Source of the DNA: Hyphomicrobiales bacterium
GTDB lineage: Bacteria > Pseudomonadota > Alphaproteobacteria > Rhizobiales > Xanthobacteraceae
DNA length: 64,000 bases
NCBI GenBank assembly: GCA_017305515.1
Contig: JAFKKP010000301.1
Span: 349 to 64,348 of the forward strand
Reading direction: 5' to 3'
Shown: positions 9,944-21,100 of the stretch, piece by piece
Numbering within the stretch: the first letter of the stretch is position 1
How the letters are laid out: the number at the start of each line of letters is the position of its first letter
Notes under the pieces: model-generated
What the model saw: the letters and a program-made list of their open reading frames with translations, nothing else
Database searches by the model: none
Told to the model about the DNA's origin: nothing
Program-made: the position numbers and the translations under genes

Positions 9944-10978
9944 CTAGCGGATCGGCGGCGCGTATTGAATGCCGCCCTGATTCCAGAGCTTGTTCAATCC
10001 TCGCGCAATTCCAAGTTTCGATCCCGCGCCGACATTGCGGTCGAAGGATTCGCCGTAATTGCCGACGGCCTTGACGATGCGCTTCACCCAATCCTTGGTA
10101 AGGCCGAGCTGTTCGCCGAGATTTCCGTCGCTGCCGAACATGCGCTTCAATTCCGGCTTCGGCGACTGCGACATTTCATCGACGTTCTTTTGCGTGACCG
10201 CATATTCCTCGGCATTTATCATCGCAAACAGCGTCCACTTCACGATGTCGAACCACTGATCGTCGCCGTGGCGGACTACGGGTCCAAGCGGCTCCTTCGA
10301 GATCACTTCCGGCAGCACGGCGTGGTCGTCGGGCGCGGCGAGCTTGAGGCGCTCGGCGTAAAGCTGCGACACATCGGATGTGAAAACATCGCAACGTCCC
10401 GACTCGTAAGCCTTTACGGTTTCGTCGGCCGTTCCGAACGCGATCACCTCATACTTCATATTGTTGCCTTTGAAATAGTCCGCAACATTCTGCTCATTGG
10501 TGGTGCCCTGCTGCACGCAGATCGAGGCGCTGTTGAGTTCAAGCGCCGAATTCACCTTGAGCGACTTGCGCACGAGGAAGCCTTGTCCGTCGTAATAATT
10601 GACGCCGGTGTAATTCAGGCCGAGCGAGGTGTCGCGCGACAGCGTCCACGTCGAATTGCGCGACAGCACATCGATCTCGCCGGACTGAAGCGCGGTGAAG
10701 CGATCCTTCGCCGACAGCGGCACAAATTTCACCTTCGACGGGTCGTCGAAAATCGCGGCCGAAATCGCGCGGCAAAGATCGACATCGAGGCCGGTCCAGT
10801 TGCCCTTGTCGTCGGGTGACGAGAAACCCGGCAGACCCTGACTGACGCCACAGGACAGCGTGCCGCGATCCTTCACGTTCTGGAGCGTGCTGCGCTCCTT
10901 CGGCTTGTCCTGATTTTGGGCAAATGCGCCCTGCGTAGCGAAGGCTGCGACGACAAATGTGAAAAAGACCCGTTTCAT
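9944..10978 (-). CDS. aapJ: Amino acid ABC transporter substrate-binding protein
   Basis: Signal peptide from MKRVFF; RGTLSCGVSQGLPGFS, ISKEPLGP, GNYGESFDRNVG, C-terminal YAPPIR. Confidence 0.93.
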   Translation of the reverse strand: MKRVFFTFVVAAFATQGAFAQNQDKPKERSTLQNVKDRGTLSCGVSQGLPGFSSPDDKGNWTGLDVDLCRAISAAIFDDPSKVKFVPLSAKDRFTALQSGEIDVLSRNSTWTLSRDTSLGLNYTGVNYYDGQGFLVRKSLKVNSALELNSASICVQQGTTNEQNVADYFKGNNMKYEVIAFGTADETVKAYESGRCDVFTSDVSQLYAERLKLAAPDDHAVLPEVISKEPLGPVVRHGDDQWFDIVKWTLFAMINAEEYAVTQKNVDEMSQSPKPELKRMFGSDGNLGEQLGLTKDWVKRIVKAVGNYGESFDRNVGAGSKLGIARGLNKLWNQGGIQYAPPIR

Positions 10979-11137
10979 GCGAACGCCTTTCAAACGGTCC
11001 AAACCGAAGATTTCTGCTAAATATCTGGTTTGCATAACAGAACGGACCTCGCAGCGGGTCAAGGGGTTGACCTTCGCGGATACCGTCAGCTTACTGCAAC
11101 TCAACCGCCGGATATTGGACCGCATCAAGACAAACGC

Positions 11138-12325
11138 ATGAGTTCATCAAAAGATCACGGGCCGTTGACGCCTCAGACCGAACTCGTCACCTCGGGGCGC
11201 GACACTTCAGCGCAAAAGGGATTCATCAATCCGCCTATCGTGCGTGGATCGACCGTTCTCTATCCGACGGCGGACGATCTGCATGCGCATCGCGGCGAGT
11301 TCCAATATGGGCGGCACGGAACGCCAACGACGAAGGCGCTTCAAGAGGCCCTGATGGCGCTCGAAGGTCCGAACTGCGCAGGCGTCGGGCTCGCGCCGTC
11401 GGGCGTGTCGGCGATCTCGACGACGCTGCTTGCCGTCTTGAAGGCCGACGATCATCTGCTCGTGATCGATAGCGCGTATCGGCCGACGCGAAACTTCTGC
11501 GACGGCGTGCTCAGGCGTTACGGCGTGGAGACGACCTATTTCGATCCGCTGATCGGCGCAGGCATCGAAAGTCTTTTCAAATCGAATACACGCGCGGTCG
11601 TCGTCGAGGCGCCTGGCTCGCAATCCTTCGAGATGCCGGACATTCCCGCCATCGCGAAAGCCGCGCACGCCAAGGGCGCGCTCGTGATCGACGACAACAC
11701 CTGGGCGACGCCGCTCTATCGCCGGTCGCTCGATCAGGGCGTCGACATCAGCATTCAGGCGGCGACCAAATATATCGGCGGACATTCCGACATCATGTTC
11801 GGAACGATCTCGGCCAATGCAAAGACCTGGCCGCTGATTGCGGAAGCCATCCGCATGCTCGGCGTCTGCGCGGGACCGGACGACGTGTTTCTCGCGCTGC
11901 GCGGCTTGCGCACCCTGTCGGTCCGGCTTGCGCATCATCATCGCGCCGGACTTGAGATGGCATACTGGTTTGCCAATCGACCGGAAGTGCTGCGCGTGAT
12001 TCATCCCGCAATCGAAAGCGATCCCGGTCACGCGATCTGGAAACGCGACTTCACCGGCGCGACCGGACTGTTCAGCGTCGTCCTCAAGCCGGTTTCAGCC
12101 AAATCAGTGGATGCGATGCTCGACGCGCTGAAATTGTTTGGAATGGGATATTCGTGGGGCGGCTTCGAGAGCCTTGTCATTCCGTTCGACTGCTCGTCCT
12201 ATCGGACGGCGACGACATGGAATCCGGGTGGACCCGCGTTGCGATTCCACATCGGGCTTGAAAACACGGATGACCTGAAAGCCGATCTCGAAAGCGGATT
12301 TGCCGCGCTGAAAGCCGCAGACTGA
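11138..12325 (+). CDS. metC: Cystathionine beta-lyase
   Basis: YGRHGTPT, DNTWATP, AATKYIGGHSD, GYSWGGFESL; divergent from aapJ as in rhizobia. Confidence 0.92.
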   Translation: MSSSKDHGPLTPQTELVTSGRDTSAQKGFINPPIVRGSTVLYPTADDLHAHRGEFQYGRHGTPTTKALQEALMALEGPNCAGVGLAPSGVSAISTTLLAVLKADDHLLVIDSAYRPTRNFCDGVLRRYGVETTYFDPLIGAGIESLFKSNTRAVVVEAPGSQSFEMPDIPAIAKAAHAKGALVIDDNTWATPLYRRSLDQGVDISIQAATKYIGGHSDIMFGTISANAKTWPLIAEAIRMLGVCAGPDDVFLALRGLRTLSVRLAHHHRAGLEMAYWFANRPEVLRVIHPAIESDPGHAIWKRDFTGATGLFSVVLKPVSAKSVDAMLDALKLFGMGYSWGGFESLVIPFDCSSYRTATTWNPGGPALRFHIGLENTDDLKADLESGFAALKAAD

Positions 12326-12327
12326 AA

Positions 12328-12663
12328 TCAGCCGACGCTTTTCGATCCCGATCCGCGATTTTTCACGATCAGCATGATGTTGCGGATGTAGATGAGCGTG
12401 GCGAGGCCCTGCCCCAGAATGATGACCGGCTCGCGCTTGGCGATGCCGTAGATCAGCGTCATCAGCCCGCCACCCATCGAGAAGAACCAGAACGCCATCG
12501 GCACCACGCTGTTGCCGGCGCGCTCGCTTGAAATCCATTGCACCAGAAAACGCGCGGTGAACAGCAATTGCGCCACAAGCCCGAACGCGAGCCAGAAATC
12601 GAACTTTGCCACGAACACGTCGTAGAGATAGTCGCTCATCATGTGACCGAACTGAATCAGCAT
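12328..12663 (-). CDS. Lipid A biosynthesis N-terminal domain (LAB_N) membrane protein
   Basis: FGLVAQLLFTARFLVQWISSE....SVVPMAFW..S; start set at MLIQFG. Confidence 0.88.
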   Translation of the reverse strand: MLIQFGHMMSDYLYDVFVAKFDFWLAFGLVAQLLFTARFLVQWISSERAGNSVVPMAFWFFSMGGGLMTLIYGIAKREPVIILGQGLATLIYIRNIMLIVKNRGSGSKSVG

Positions 12664-13406
12664 CACTTCACCTCGGTTGCAACGGGCGTCGGCTTCTTGC
12701 GCCGGATCAGCCACCAGACGCCGGCGAGATCCATGATCCCGATCCACAGCCGGTCGAAGAAGCCGTAATTGGAGACGCCGGAATGGCGCGGACGGTCGAT
12801 CACATCGACATAGGCGATGTCGAATCCTTCGCGCCGCACGAGCGCGGGAAGAAACCGATGCAGCCCGTCGAAATACGGCATCGACAGAAATACATCGCGG
12901 CGAAATGCCTTGAGGCCGCAACCGGTGTCGCGCGTGCCGTCATGCAGGATCATGTTGCGGATCCGGTTTGCGGTGCGCGATTGGAATCTCTTGAAGCCGG
13001 TATCCTTGCGTCCGACGCGCTGACCTGCCGCGAGGCCGACACGCTCGCCGCCCTGCTCGATCGCTGAAATCAAATCGGGCAAAAATGCCGGATTGTTCTG
13101 GCCGTCGCCGTCGAGCGTCGCCACGATTGCGCCCCGCGCGGCACGCACGCCGCTGCGCACCGCAGCCGACTGGCCCGACGATTTTTCATGTCTGAGCTGA
13201 CGCAGATTTTTCCGCGCACGCATTTCGCCAGCGAGTCTTTCAGCCGTACCGTCGGTCGAGCCGTCGTTGACGTAGATGATCTCGTGATCCCAGCGCCCAT
13301 CCAGCGCCGACGCAATCTCGGCAATCAGCGGCGAGATGTTGTTTTCCTCGTTGCGCACCGGCACGACGATGGACACCGCAACGGAAGATGAGACTGGATT
13401 TGTCAT
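12663..13406 (-). CDS. GT2 polyprenyl-phosphate glycosyltransferase (ArnC/RgtE-like)
   Basis: SIVVPVRNEEN, VNDGSTDGT, TLDGDGQNNP, DTGCGLKAFRR. Confidence 0.88.
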   Translation of the reverse strand: MTNPVSSSVAVSIVVPVRNEENNISPLIAEIASALDGRWDHEIIYVNDGSTDGTAERLAGEMRARKNLRQLRHEKSSGQSAAVRSGVRAARGAIVATLDGDGQNNPAFLPDLISAIEQGGERVGLAAGQRVGRKDTGFKRFQSRTANRIRNMILHDGTRDTGCGLKAFRRDVFLSMPYFDGLHRFLPALVRREGFDIAYVDVIDRPRHSGVSNYGFFDRLWIGIMDLAGVWWLIRRKKPTPVATEVK

Positions 13407-13462
13407 GCTCTATATAAGAACCGCGCAAGAGGCGGCCCATCGGCCTGCCCGGCGACCGCTTC

Positions 13463-14281
13463 TTAGGTGGCGGATGCCCGGCGGGCAACCCCTTTCAAGG
13501 CATCCCTGAGCGATCCGTGAAAGGGAACGACGGTACCGTCCGCCTGAATGGTGAAACCCAGACGGCGTGCGGCGAACCAGTACCGCACGAACATCGCGCC
13601 GATGACGCCGACCAGCGCGCCGGCAACCACATCGCTCGGATGATGCGCCAGCAGGACGACGCGGCTCACGCAAATCAGCACCGCGAAAATCCACATCGCG
13701 ATGTTGAGGCGCGGCCACAAGGATGAAACTGCAAACGCCATCGCGAAAGCCGTGAGCGCGTGACCGGACGGGAAGCTGTAGAACGCTTCGCTGCGCGCGA
13801 ATGGCGAGAAGTTATAGGCGTTGGCGTCGCCGCCGACGAAGGGACGGCCGCGCCCGACGGTGAACTTCAGAATCTCTCCGACGATTCTCGCGATCAGAAC
13901 CGAAAGGAAAATATATTGCAGTTGAATACCGAGCAGCGATGCACCGGCGTGCGACGATTGCGGCAGTAACGGCAGAGCGAGAATGAGCACGATCAGCGCG
14001 GCGGCGAGAACCGCAAGCACATATTCGGTCTTGGCGAACTCGGTAAAAATCCGCACCGGCCAGAGCGAGGCGGTTCCGCGTTCGGGCATCAGCCGGATCG
14101 CCGGCACATCGAGCGCGAGCATCGAGGCGACGATGACGACCGCCGCGATAACGAACAGAAACAGCCAGCGCCGCGCCATGCTCCGTCGAGCCTGCGCCCT
14201 GCGCGAATGCGACGGTCGGCGCACGAGACGCAACAGCGACTGGGATACGACACCGCCGACACGCCGCAGATAGGCCAGCAC
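13463..14281 (-). CDS. PAP2 family phosphatase (LpxE-like)
   Basis: K...GRGRP, SFPSGH, SRVVLLAHHPSDV. Confidence 0.88.
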   Translation of the reverse strand: MLAYLRRVGGVVSQSLLRLVRRPSHSRRAQARRSMARRWLFLFVIAAVVIVASMLALDVPAIRLMPERGTASLWPVRIFTEFAKTEYVLAVLAAALIVLILALPLLPQSSHAGASLLGIQLQYIFLSVLIARIVGEILKFTVGRGRPFVGGDANAYNFSPFARSEAFYSFPSGHALTAFAMAFAVSSLWPRLNIAMWIFAVLICVSRVVLLAHHPSDVVAGALVGVIGAMFVRYWFAARRLGFTIQADGTVVPFHGSLRDALKGVARRASAT

Positions 14282-16029
14282 TATTCCGTTCCTTCGGAGC
14301 GGAACACGGCCACCGAAATGGCGCGGCCTTGCGAGATATTATAGCCCTCGATGCGGTCGCCGACCGCATAGTGCAGCCCGATGGATTCTGCGCGCTGCGC
14401 GAATGCGCGCTCCTCACGCGCCTCGATCAGCGCGAAGCGGCAGCTTCCCTGCAACAGGAAGTCGGCGGCACCCGATCCATTCGTCAGAAGCGTCGAGGTG
14501 CCGACCATGAACACCAGACTCGGCTCCTGAAATCCTGCGGCTGCTGCGGTGGGTCCGACGCATTCGACGCTGCGCAACGCACGCGCAATCTGCACGCTCG
14601 GAAACAGCGGCGCCAGCGACGGCATCACCACGCCATAAATGCACATCGCCAGAAACCACGACGCGCCGATGCCGTTGAGCAGCGAACGCTCCGCGCGATG
14701 ATCGTCATACATCCACCACGCGAACAGCCCGAGGATCATCGCGCCCGCCGCGAACGGCCAGGCGAGAAACTCCGGCTGGCGCAAAAGCACAATCGCTCCG
14801 ATCACCGCGCCAATCGACGCGATGAACGGCATCGCAAACCACCACGCCGAACCGCGCACGATCCACGGCGTATGCGACAGCACGCGGCGCTCCAGCGCCC
14901 CGACGATCAGAATGGCGATAGCGGGATAAAGCGGCAGCACGTAATGCGGCAGCTTGGTGATGACGAGTTCAAAAATGACCCACGACGGCAACACCCATGC
15001 AAGAAGAAACTGCGCACCCGGTTCGCGCCGCGCGCGCCACACCGCAGGCGTCGCCATTCCGGCGAGCGCGGAGCCCGGCCAGAACGTCACCCAGAACAGA
15101 ACGAAATAAAGTCCCGGCGGCGCGCCGTGCGATTCCATCGGGCTTGCGATCTTGTTCAGCATGTCGTTGCCGAGCGAGTTGGCAAAGAAACTCTCGCCGG
15201 ATTTGAGGAAGATCGCGACAAACCACGGCAACACAAGAACCAGCGTCCACATCAGCCCCCAGACCGGGCGCAGACGCCACAGCCATCCGGCGGAGCGATC
15301 GAGAATGGCGAGCGTGACGACCGTTAGTCCGACAAACATCAGGATCAGCGGACCCTTGAGCAAAATGCCGCCGGCAATCGCCGTCCAGAAAATCGCAGGC
15401 AGCGTCCACGGCGGATGCGCGACATTGTCGCCGCGCTGCCATTGCAGATAGACCCGCGCCATCGCGCCCATCACGGCGGTCGTCGTGAGCAGAAGCATCG
15501 CGTCAGTTTTCGCCAGCCGCGCTTCGACGCCGAGCAGAATCGAACTGCACATGATGGCGCCGGCGAGAATGGCGCCGCGCCGCGTGACGAATCCCAATGC
15601 CGCCCAGTATGTCAGCAACACCGCGCCGATGGCTCCGGCCAGCGACGGCACGCGATAGAGCCAGATGCGGACCTGCGCGCGCGGCAGTCCGAGCGCGGAC
15701 GCTGTCTCGACAGCCGCCGCCTGCAGCCAATAGATGCCGACAGGCTTCTTGTAGCGAACTTCATCCTGAAAACGGATGTCGACGAAATCCTTGGCTTCCA
15801 CCATCTGCTTGGTCGCCTGCGCGAAGCGCGCTTCGTCGCGATCCACCGGCGGGATGTTGAAAAAACCGGGCAGGAAAAACAGCAAACCGCACAGCACGAG
15901 CAGGCTCACCGCGCGCGCGTGACTGGCCGCGGCGAAATCCAGAACGCGCACCAGTCCGCTGCCCGGATTTTTCGGGACAACGGGCTCGCGCGGCGCGCCA
16001 AATCTCGGACGTGGATAAATATCGGCCAT
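14281..16029 (-). CDS. ArnT/GT83-type lipid A glycosyltransferase (Rgt-like)
   Basis: DRDEARFAQATKQM, RYKKPVGIYW, LLKGP, TKLPHYVLPLYPA; many TM segments. Confidence 0.88.
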   Translation of the reverse strand: MADIYPRPRFGAPREPVVPKNPGSGLVRVLDFAAASHARAVSLLVLCGLLFFLPGFFNIPPVDRDEARFAQATKQMVEAKDFVDIRFQDEVRYKKPVGIYWLQAAAVETASALGLPRAQVRIWLYRVPSLAGAIGAVLLTYWAALGFVTRRGAILAGAIMCSSILLGVEARLAKTDAMLLLTTTAVMGAMARVYLQWQRGDNVAHPPWTLPAIFWTAIAGGILLKGPLILMFVGLTVVTLAILDRSAGWLWRLRPVWGLMWTLVLVLPWFVAIFLKSGESFFANSLGNDMLNKIASPMESHGAPPGLYFVLFWVTFWPGSALAGMATPAVWRARREPGAQFLLAWVLPSWVIFELVITKLPHYVLPLYPAIAILIVGALERRVLSHTPWIVRGSAWWFAMPFIASIGAVIGAIVLLRQPEFLAWPFAAGAMILGLFAWWMYDDHRAERSLLNGIGASWFLAMCIYGVVMPSLAPLFPSVQIARALRSVECVGPTAAAAGFQEPSLVFMVGTSTLLTNGSGAADFLLQGSCRFALIEAREERAFAQRAESIGLHYAVGDRIEGYNISQGRAISVAVFRSEGTE

Positions 16030-16079
16030 CGGCTCCGCATACGCCGAAACAGCTTTTCGGACAACCGCTTGGGTTAAAT

Positions 16080-18185
16080 CTACTGGATTCTCACGACAAC
16101 GGTATCGACCGCTCCGGCTGCGTCCATCACGGTGACGCGGGCGAATCCGGGACCGGGCGGATCGACCAGCTTCTGGCGGCGGCTGCCGATGTCTCCCTGC
16201 GAGACGCCGTTGACCATCACCGTCATGGGAAGCACCCCGCCCGCGACCTTCACCGGAAGCCCGGTCGCGTTCGCCTCGCCCGCGCCGGACGTATCGATGC
16301 GCGAGCCGTTCAGCGGAAACTGAATCCGCAGCGCCTGCTCGCTTCCCGTGCGCACGAAGTCACCCGCAGGCCGGAATCGCTTCAGCGGCAATGGCAGCCT
16401 GGCGTTGGTTGCGACTAGCGTGCCTTTCGGCGCTTTGGGGAGAGCCATCGGCAGCTTGCCGGTGCGCGCGAAGGCGTCGAACAGAATGGGGGCCGCTGCC
16501 GTTCGTCCGACGAGGCCCGGAACCGGCGCGCCATCGGGACGCCCGACCCACACGCCGATTGTCATGCGGCCGTCAAAACCGACCGACCACGCGTCGCGAT
16601 AGCCGTAGCTCGTGCCGGTCTTGAACGCGATCCGGCCCATCGGCGCATTATCGGGCGGCGGCGTGCCGATCAGGATGTTGCCGACCTGCCAGGCGGCGGA
16701 CGCATCCATCAGACGCCGCGCATCCTGATCTGAATCGTCGCGCACGATCTCGCGCAGCGGCGTCGCCTCTCCAAGCCGCGCCAGTCCGCAATAGAGCCGC
16801 ACGAGATCGCTGAGTGAAATTCCGACGCCGCCCAGTCCCATTGCAAGGCCGGGCACTTCATCCTTGGGCAAAACCAGATTCGCTCCCGCCTGACGGATGC
16901 GCGCGGCCAGACGACTCGATCCGACACGATCCAGCAAGGCAATCGCCGGCACGTTCAGCGACATTTGCAGCGCGCGCCGCACGCCGATCGTTCCTTGGAA
17001 CGTCATGTCGAAATTTTCCGGCGCGTAAGAGCCGTAACGGATCGGCCGGTCTTCGATCAGGCTTTCGGGATGAACGAAACCGTCCTCGAAGGCGAGACCG
17101 TAGATGAAGGGCTTCAGCGTCGATCCCGGCGAGCGCACCGCGCGCGTCAGATCGACCTGCCCTGCGCGCTTCGCGTCGAAATAATCCGGCGAGCCGACAT
17201 GGCCGAGCACGTCGCCCGTCGCATTGTCGACCGCAAGAATTGCAATCGATACGCTGCTGCCGAAGCCAGCCAAGCGGTCGCGTGCCAGTGCTTCGAGATT
17301 TTTCTGGATCGTCGCGTCGAGCGTCAGCTTGATCGCGGACGTTCCCCTCAATGCGGCGACCGCCTGATCGGTCGCGTGCGGCGCGAGCAGCGGCATTGCC
17401 TTGCGCATGCGCGGTGCCTGTTCGAGCTTCGCGTGATCGACGTCATCCTGCGACACGCTTCCGTTCGCGATCATGCGCTTCAGCACGCGGTCGCGCGCAG
17501 CGACAGCCGTGTCCGGAAAGCGATCCAGCCTGCGCGTCTCAGGCGATTGCGGCAACGCGACCAGCAATGCGCTTTCCGCCAGCGACAGCCGCTTCGCGTC
17601 CTTGCCGAAATAGGCGAACGAGGCCGAGCGCACGCCTTCGAGATTGCCGCCGAACGGCGCGAGCGTCAGATAGAGACCGAGGATTTCGTCCTTCGTCAGT
17701 TGTCGTTCGATCTGGATCGCGCGCACGATCTGACGCAGTTTCGCCGGCACCGAGCGTTCCTGACGCGGCTCCATCAAGCGAGCGACCTGCATCGTGATGG
17801 TCGAACCGCCGGAGACGATATGTCCGCGCGTCGCGATCTGAAACGCAGCACGCACCAGCGCGAACGGATCGACGCCGAAATGCGAACGGAAGCGCCGGTC
17901 TTCATACGCCAGCAGCAGCTTGATGTAATCAGGATCGACATCGGTGACCGCGTTCACCGGCAAACGCCAGCGTCCGTCCGGCATCGCGAAGGCGCGCAGC
18001 AATTTGCCGTTGCGATCCACGACGACAGTGGACGTTTGACGCGCCTGTTCGAGCGGCAACGGCGGCAGCAAGGCGATCCAGATTGCACAGGCCGCAAGTC
18101 CCGCCGCTGCGACCACACCAAGCGCGATTGCTGCGCGTTTGATGTACCGCCGGCGGCGAGACTTTATGGTTTCCGCACTTGTCAT
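16080..18185 (-). CDS. pbpC: Penicillin-binding protein 1C
   Basis: EDRRF..HFGVD, GGSTITMQVAR, GSTLKPF (SxxK), SLN, KTGTS; next to A2M. Confidence 0.93.
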   Translation of the reverse strand: MTSAETIKSRRRRYIKRAAIALGVVAAAGLAACAIWIALLPPLPLEQARQTSTVVVDRNGKLLRAFAMPDGRWRLPVNAVTDVDPDYIKLLLAYEDRRFRSHFGVDPFALVRAAFQIATRGHIVSGGSTITMQVARLMEPRQERSVPAKLRQIVRAIQIERQLTKDEILGLYLTLAPFGGNLEGVRSASFAYFGKDAKRLSLAESALLVALPQSPETRRLDRFPDTAVAARDRVLKRMIANGSVSQDDVDHAKLEQAPRMRKAMPLLAPHATDQAVAALRGTSAIKLTLDATIQKNLEALARDRLAGFGSSVSIAILAVDNATGDVLGHVGSPDYFDAKRAGQVDLTRAVRSPGSTLKPFIYGLAFEDGFVHPESLIEDRPIRYGSYAPENFDMTFQGTIGVRRALQMSLNVPAIALLDRVGSSRLAARIRQAGANLVLPKDEVPGLAMGLGGVGISLSDLVRLYCGLARLGEATPLREIVRDDSDQDARRLMDASAAWQVGNILIGTPPPDNAPMGRIAFKTGTSYGYRDAWSVGFDGRMTIGVWVGRPDGAPVPGLVGRTAAAPILFDAFARTGKLPMALPKAPKGTLVATNARLPLPLKRFRPAGDFVRTGSEQALRIQFPLNGSRIDTSGAGEANATGLPVKVAGGVLPMTVMVNGVSQGDIGSRRQKLVDPPGPGFARVTVMDAAGAVDTVVVRIQ

Positions 18186-21100
18186 TTCGCCGAGCGAACC
18201 TCGACCGTTCCGGTATTGGTGCGGCCGTAACGCGAGGGATTGTACATGTCCTCGACGTAAGCCTGCGGCAGCACGTATTTGCCGGGCGACACCGCGCGCA
18301 CGATGTAGGCGACCGTGAACACCGGACTGTCGTCGCTTGCGCGCTCGATGGATGCACTGAAGCGGTCGTCGCGGAATTCGGTGTTCTCCGGGTCTTCTCC
18401 GTCCTCGATCCAGTCGAGTGTGCCGCTGTCGCCGGACGAGACCAGTTTCGGATTATCGATCTCAAGCCCGGCGGGCAGATAATCGACGACCATGATGTGA
18501 CCGAACTCCGGCTTCGGCTCGGTGATTTTCAGCACAACCGCGAAGCGGTCGTTCTGTTTCGCCTTCGACGGATCGGCGGGCTTGCCGTCGAGCGTGAAAT
18601 AGTTGCGCTCGATCTTGAAACCGTTGGAGGCCGCAGGCTCCGGTGTGACCGGCGCGCCCGTCACCGACACCACCGCCTGCACGGGCGTATCGCCGGTGTT
18701 GGTGATCTTCACCGGTTTCGCCGCCATCTCGGCGCTGCGATAGTTTCTATAGAGCGCCTTCGTCACCGGCGCGCCATCGACGGAGAGCGACACGGTGTTC
18801 GCTTCCTTCGCCATCGCGCGCGAGGCCAGCACCAGCCACGCGTTTTCCTGCGTCGATGTATACGGCGTCAGTCCGCGCGCGGCCTCGACACGCTGGACCG
18901 CGAGCGACAGCGTCGCCTTCGGCGCGCTACCTTCGCTTGCGAGCGAGACGAGCGCCGCAGCATCCCGCAGCGACGAACCGTAATCGGTGCGGCCGAACTC
19001 CAGAACGGGTTTCGGCTGCAAGCTGTCCACGGCATTGGCATAGACGCGCTCTGCACGGGTGCGGTCGCCGACCAATGCCAGTGCCGCGGCCAACTGCGCT
19101 TTCGCAATCGGTGTCGCGATATTGGCGAGCTTTGTGTCGGCGAGATAACGCATGTCGCCGATGGGCGCCGCGCCGTTCTTGGCCAACACATAGAGACCGT
19201 AAGCGAGATCGCGTCCGCCATCCTTCTCCGGCTCATCGGCGTTCACGACCGAGTTGCGGATGCGATCCAGCGCCGTCTTGAACAGCACGTCCGGCACCGT
19301 GAATCCCTTTTCGCGCGCGCGAGTGAGGAAGTCGGTCACATAGGCATCAAGCCACGGATCGTCGCCGCCCGCCGACCACAGACCGAACGAGCCGTTCGAT
19401 CCCTGACGCGCCAGCAAGCGATCAATGGCATCCTTGATGCGCTGATCGACGGCAGTGTCCATCGCCAGATGGTTCTCGACCGCCAAGTCATTTACGTAAA
19501 GCAGCGGCATCGCGCGGCTCGTGATCTGTTCGGAACAGCCGAACGGATAGCGATCCAGCGCCTTGAGGATGGTCGCGGCATCGAGTGCAGTCGACAGACT
19601 GACCGACAACTGCACCCCGCCCGTTCCCGGCACGAGGTCGGCGAACATGTCGTTTGTCAGCGTCAGACTCTCGCCCTTTGCTAGTGTCCGCACGGATCGG
19701 CGCGCGAGAATTTGCGTCGCGGGCTTCACGTCGAGCGCATAGTGGCGCGCGAGTGTCAGCCCGTTTGGACCTTTAATATCCACATCGAGATTCGCCTGAC
19801 CCGCCGCGCCCGGCGCATCGATGGCCAGCGCAACAGTGCTGCGCTGTTTCGCAGCGAGCCGCATCGTCGTTGCCGGATTGCCCGACAGCGACACCGGCCC
19901 CGATGTCTTGACGTTTATGACGTAATCGCCGGCAGCACCCTCAACGTTGTCGAGGTCGAGGTTCATCGTGCCGCGATCACCCGTCAGCAGGAAGCGCGGC
20001 AAGGTCGCGGTGAGCACGACCGGATCGCGAATGGTCACATCTGTATTGGCGCGACCGACTTTGGTGGCGCTCCACGCCACCGCCATCACGCGCGCGGTGC
20101 CTGCGAATTCCGGAATCTCGAACGAGACTTCCGCGGTGCCGTTCGATCCAACCGTGACGATGCCGGAATAGAGCGCAAGCGGCTTCTGCGTCGGCGGGCT
20201 GCCTTGAAGTTCCGCGCCTGCGCCGTCGCCGCCGGTGCGAATTTGTCCGCGCGTACCCTGCATGCCGTCGATCAGCTGTCCGTAAAGATCGCGGATCTCG
20301 GAGGTCATCGCGCGCTGGCCGAGATAGTAGTCGTCCGGCGCGGGCGGCTTGTAGTTGGTCAGATTGAGAATGCCGACATCGACGGCTGCAAGAACGATCT
20401 TCACGTCCTCGCCTCGCCCCGCGCCTTCGACCTTCACCGGCAGCTTGAGCGTCGAGTTCGGACGGATCAGCGCGGGCGGGTTGAGACTCACCTTGAGTGT
20501 GCGCTCGGACTTGTCGATGCCGAACCATTTTAACCCAATCGAGCGTCCCGGCATGCGCTGGGCAGCCGCGTCGAGCGGACGGCGCAGGGTTGCGACAATA
20601 TACGCTCCCGTGCCCCAGTCCTTGCCGACGCTGATGTTGACCTTGTTCTGACCTTCCTTGATGTCGGAGGTTTGCGTCGTCAGCAGACGGTCGCCGAGCA
20701 CGTTGATCGTCAGCTTGCCGGCAGAGCGCGCGTTGACCGACACCACCATCGTGTCGCCGGATTTGTATTCGGGTTTGTCGATCGAGGTTTCTAGCAGGTC
20801 GGGCGTGTCGGCGCTGCCGTCCGAATACCAGCCGACATCGAACTGCACCGAGGTGATCGGCCCGTCCGCATCCGCCGACTTCACGTCGAGACGATAGCGG
20901 CCCGGCTGCGGATTGGTCGCGATGCGCGCCGGTTTGTCGGCGGCGATGGTCACGTCGCCATCGGCCACGCGCTTGGTGGATTTGACCGGCTCATAGTCCC
21001 ATGACGAGCCCTGGCGATACCACTGGTAACGCGACTCGATTTTCATCAGCTCGTAGCGCAATCCGCTGCGTGCCAGCGATTTGCCTTCGGGCGATACGAA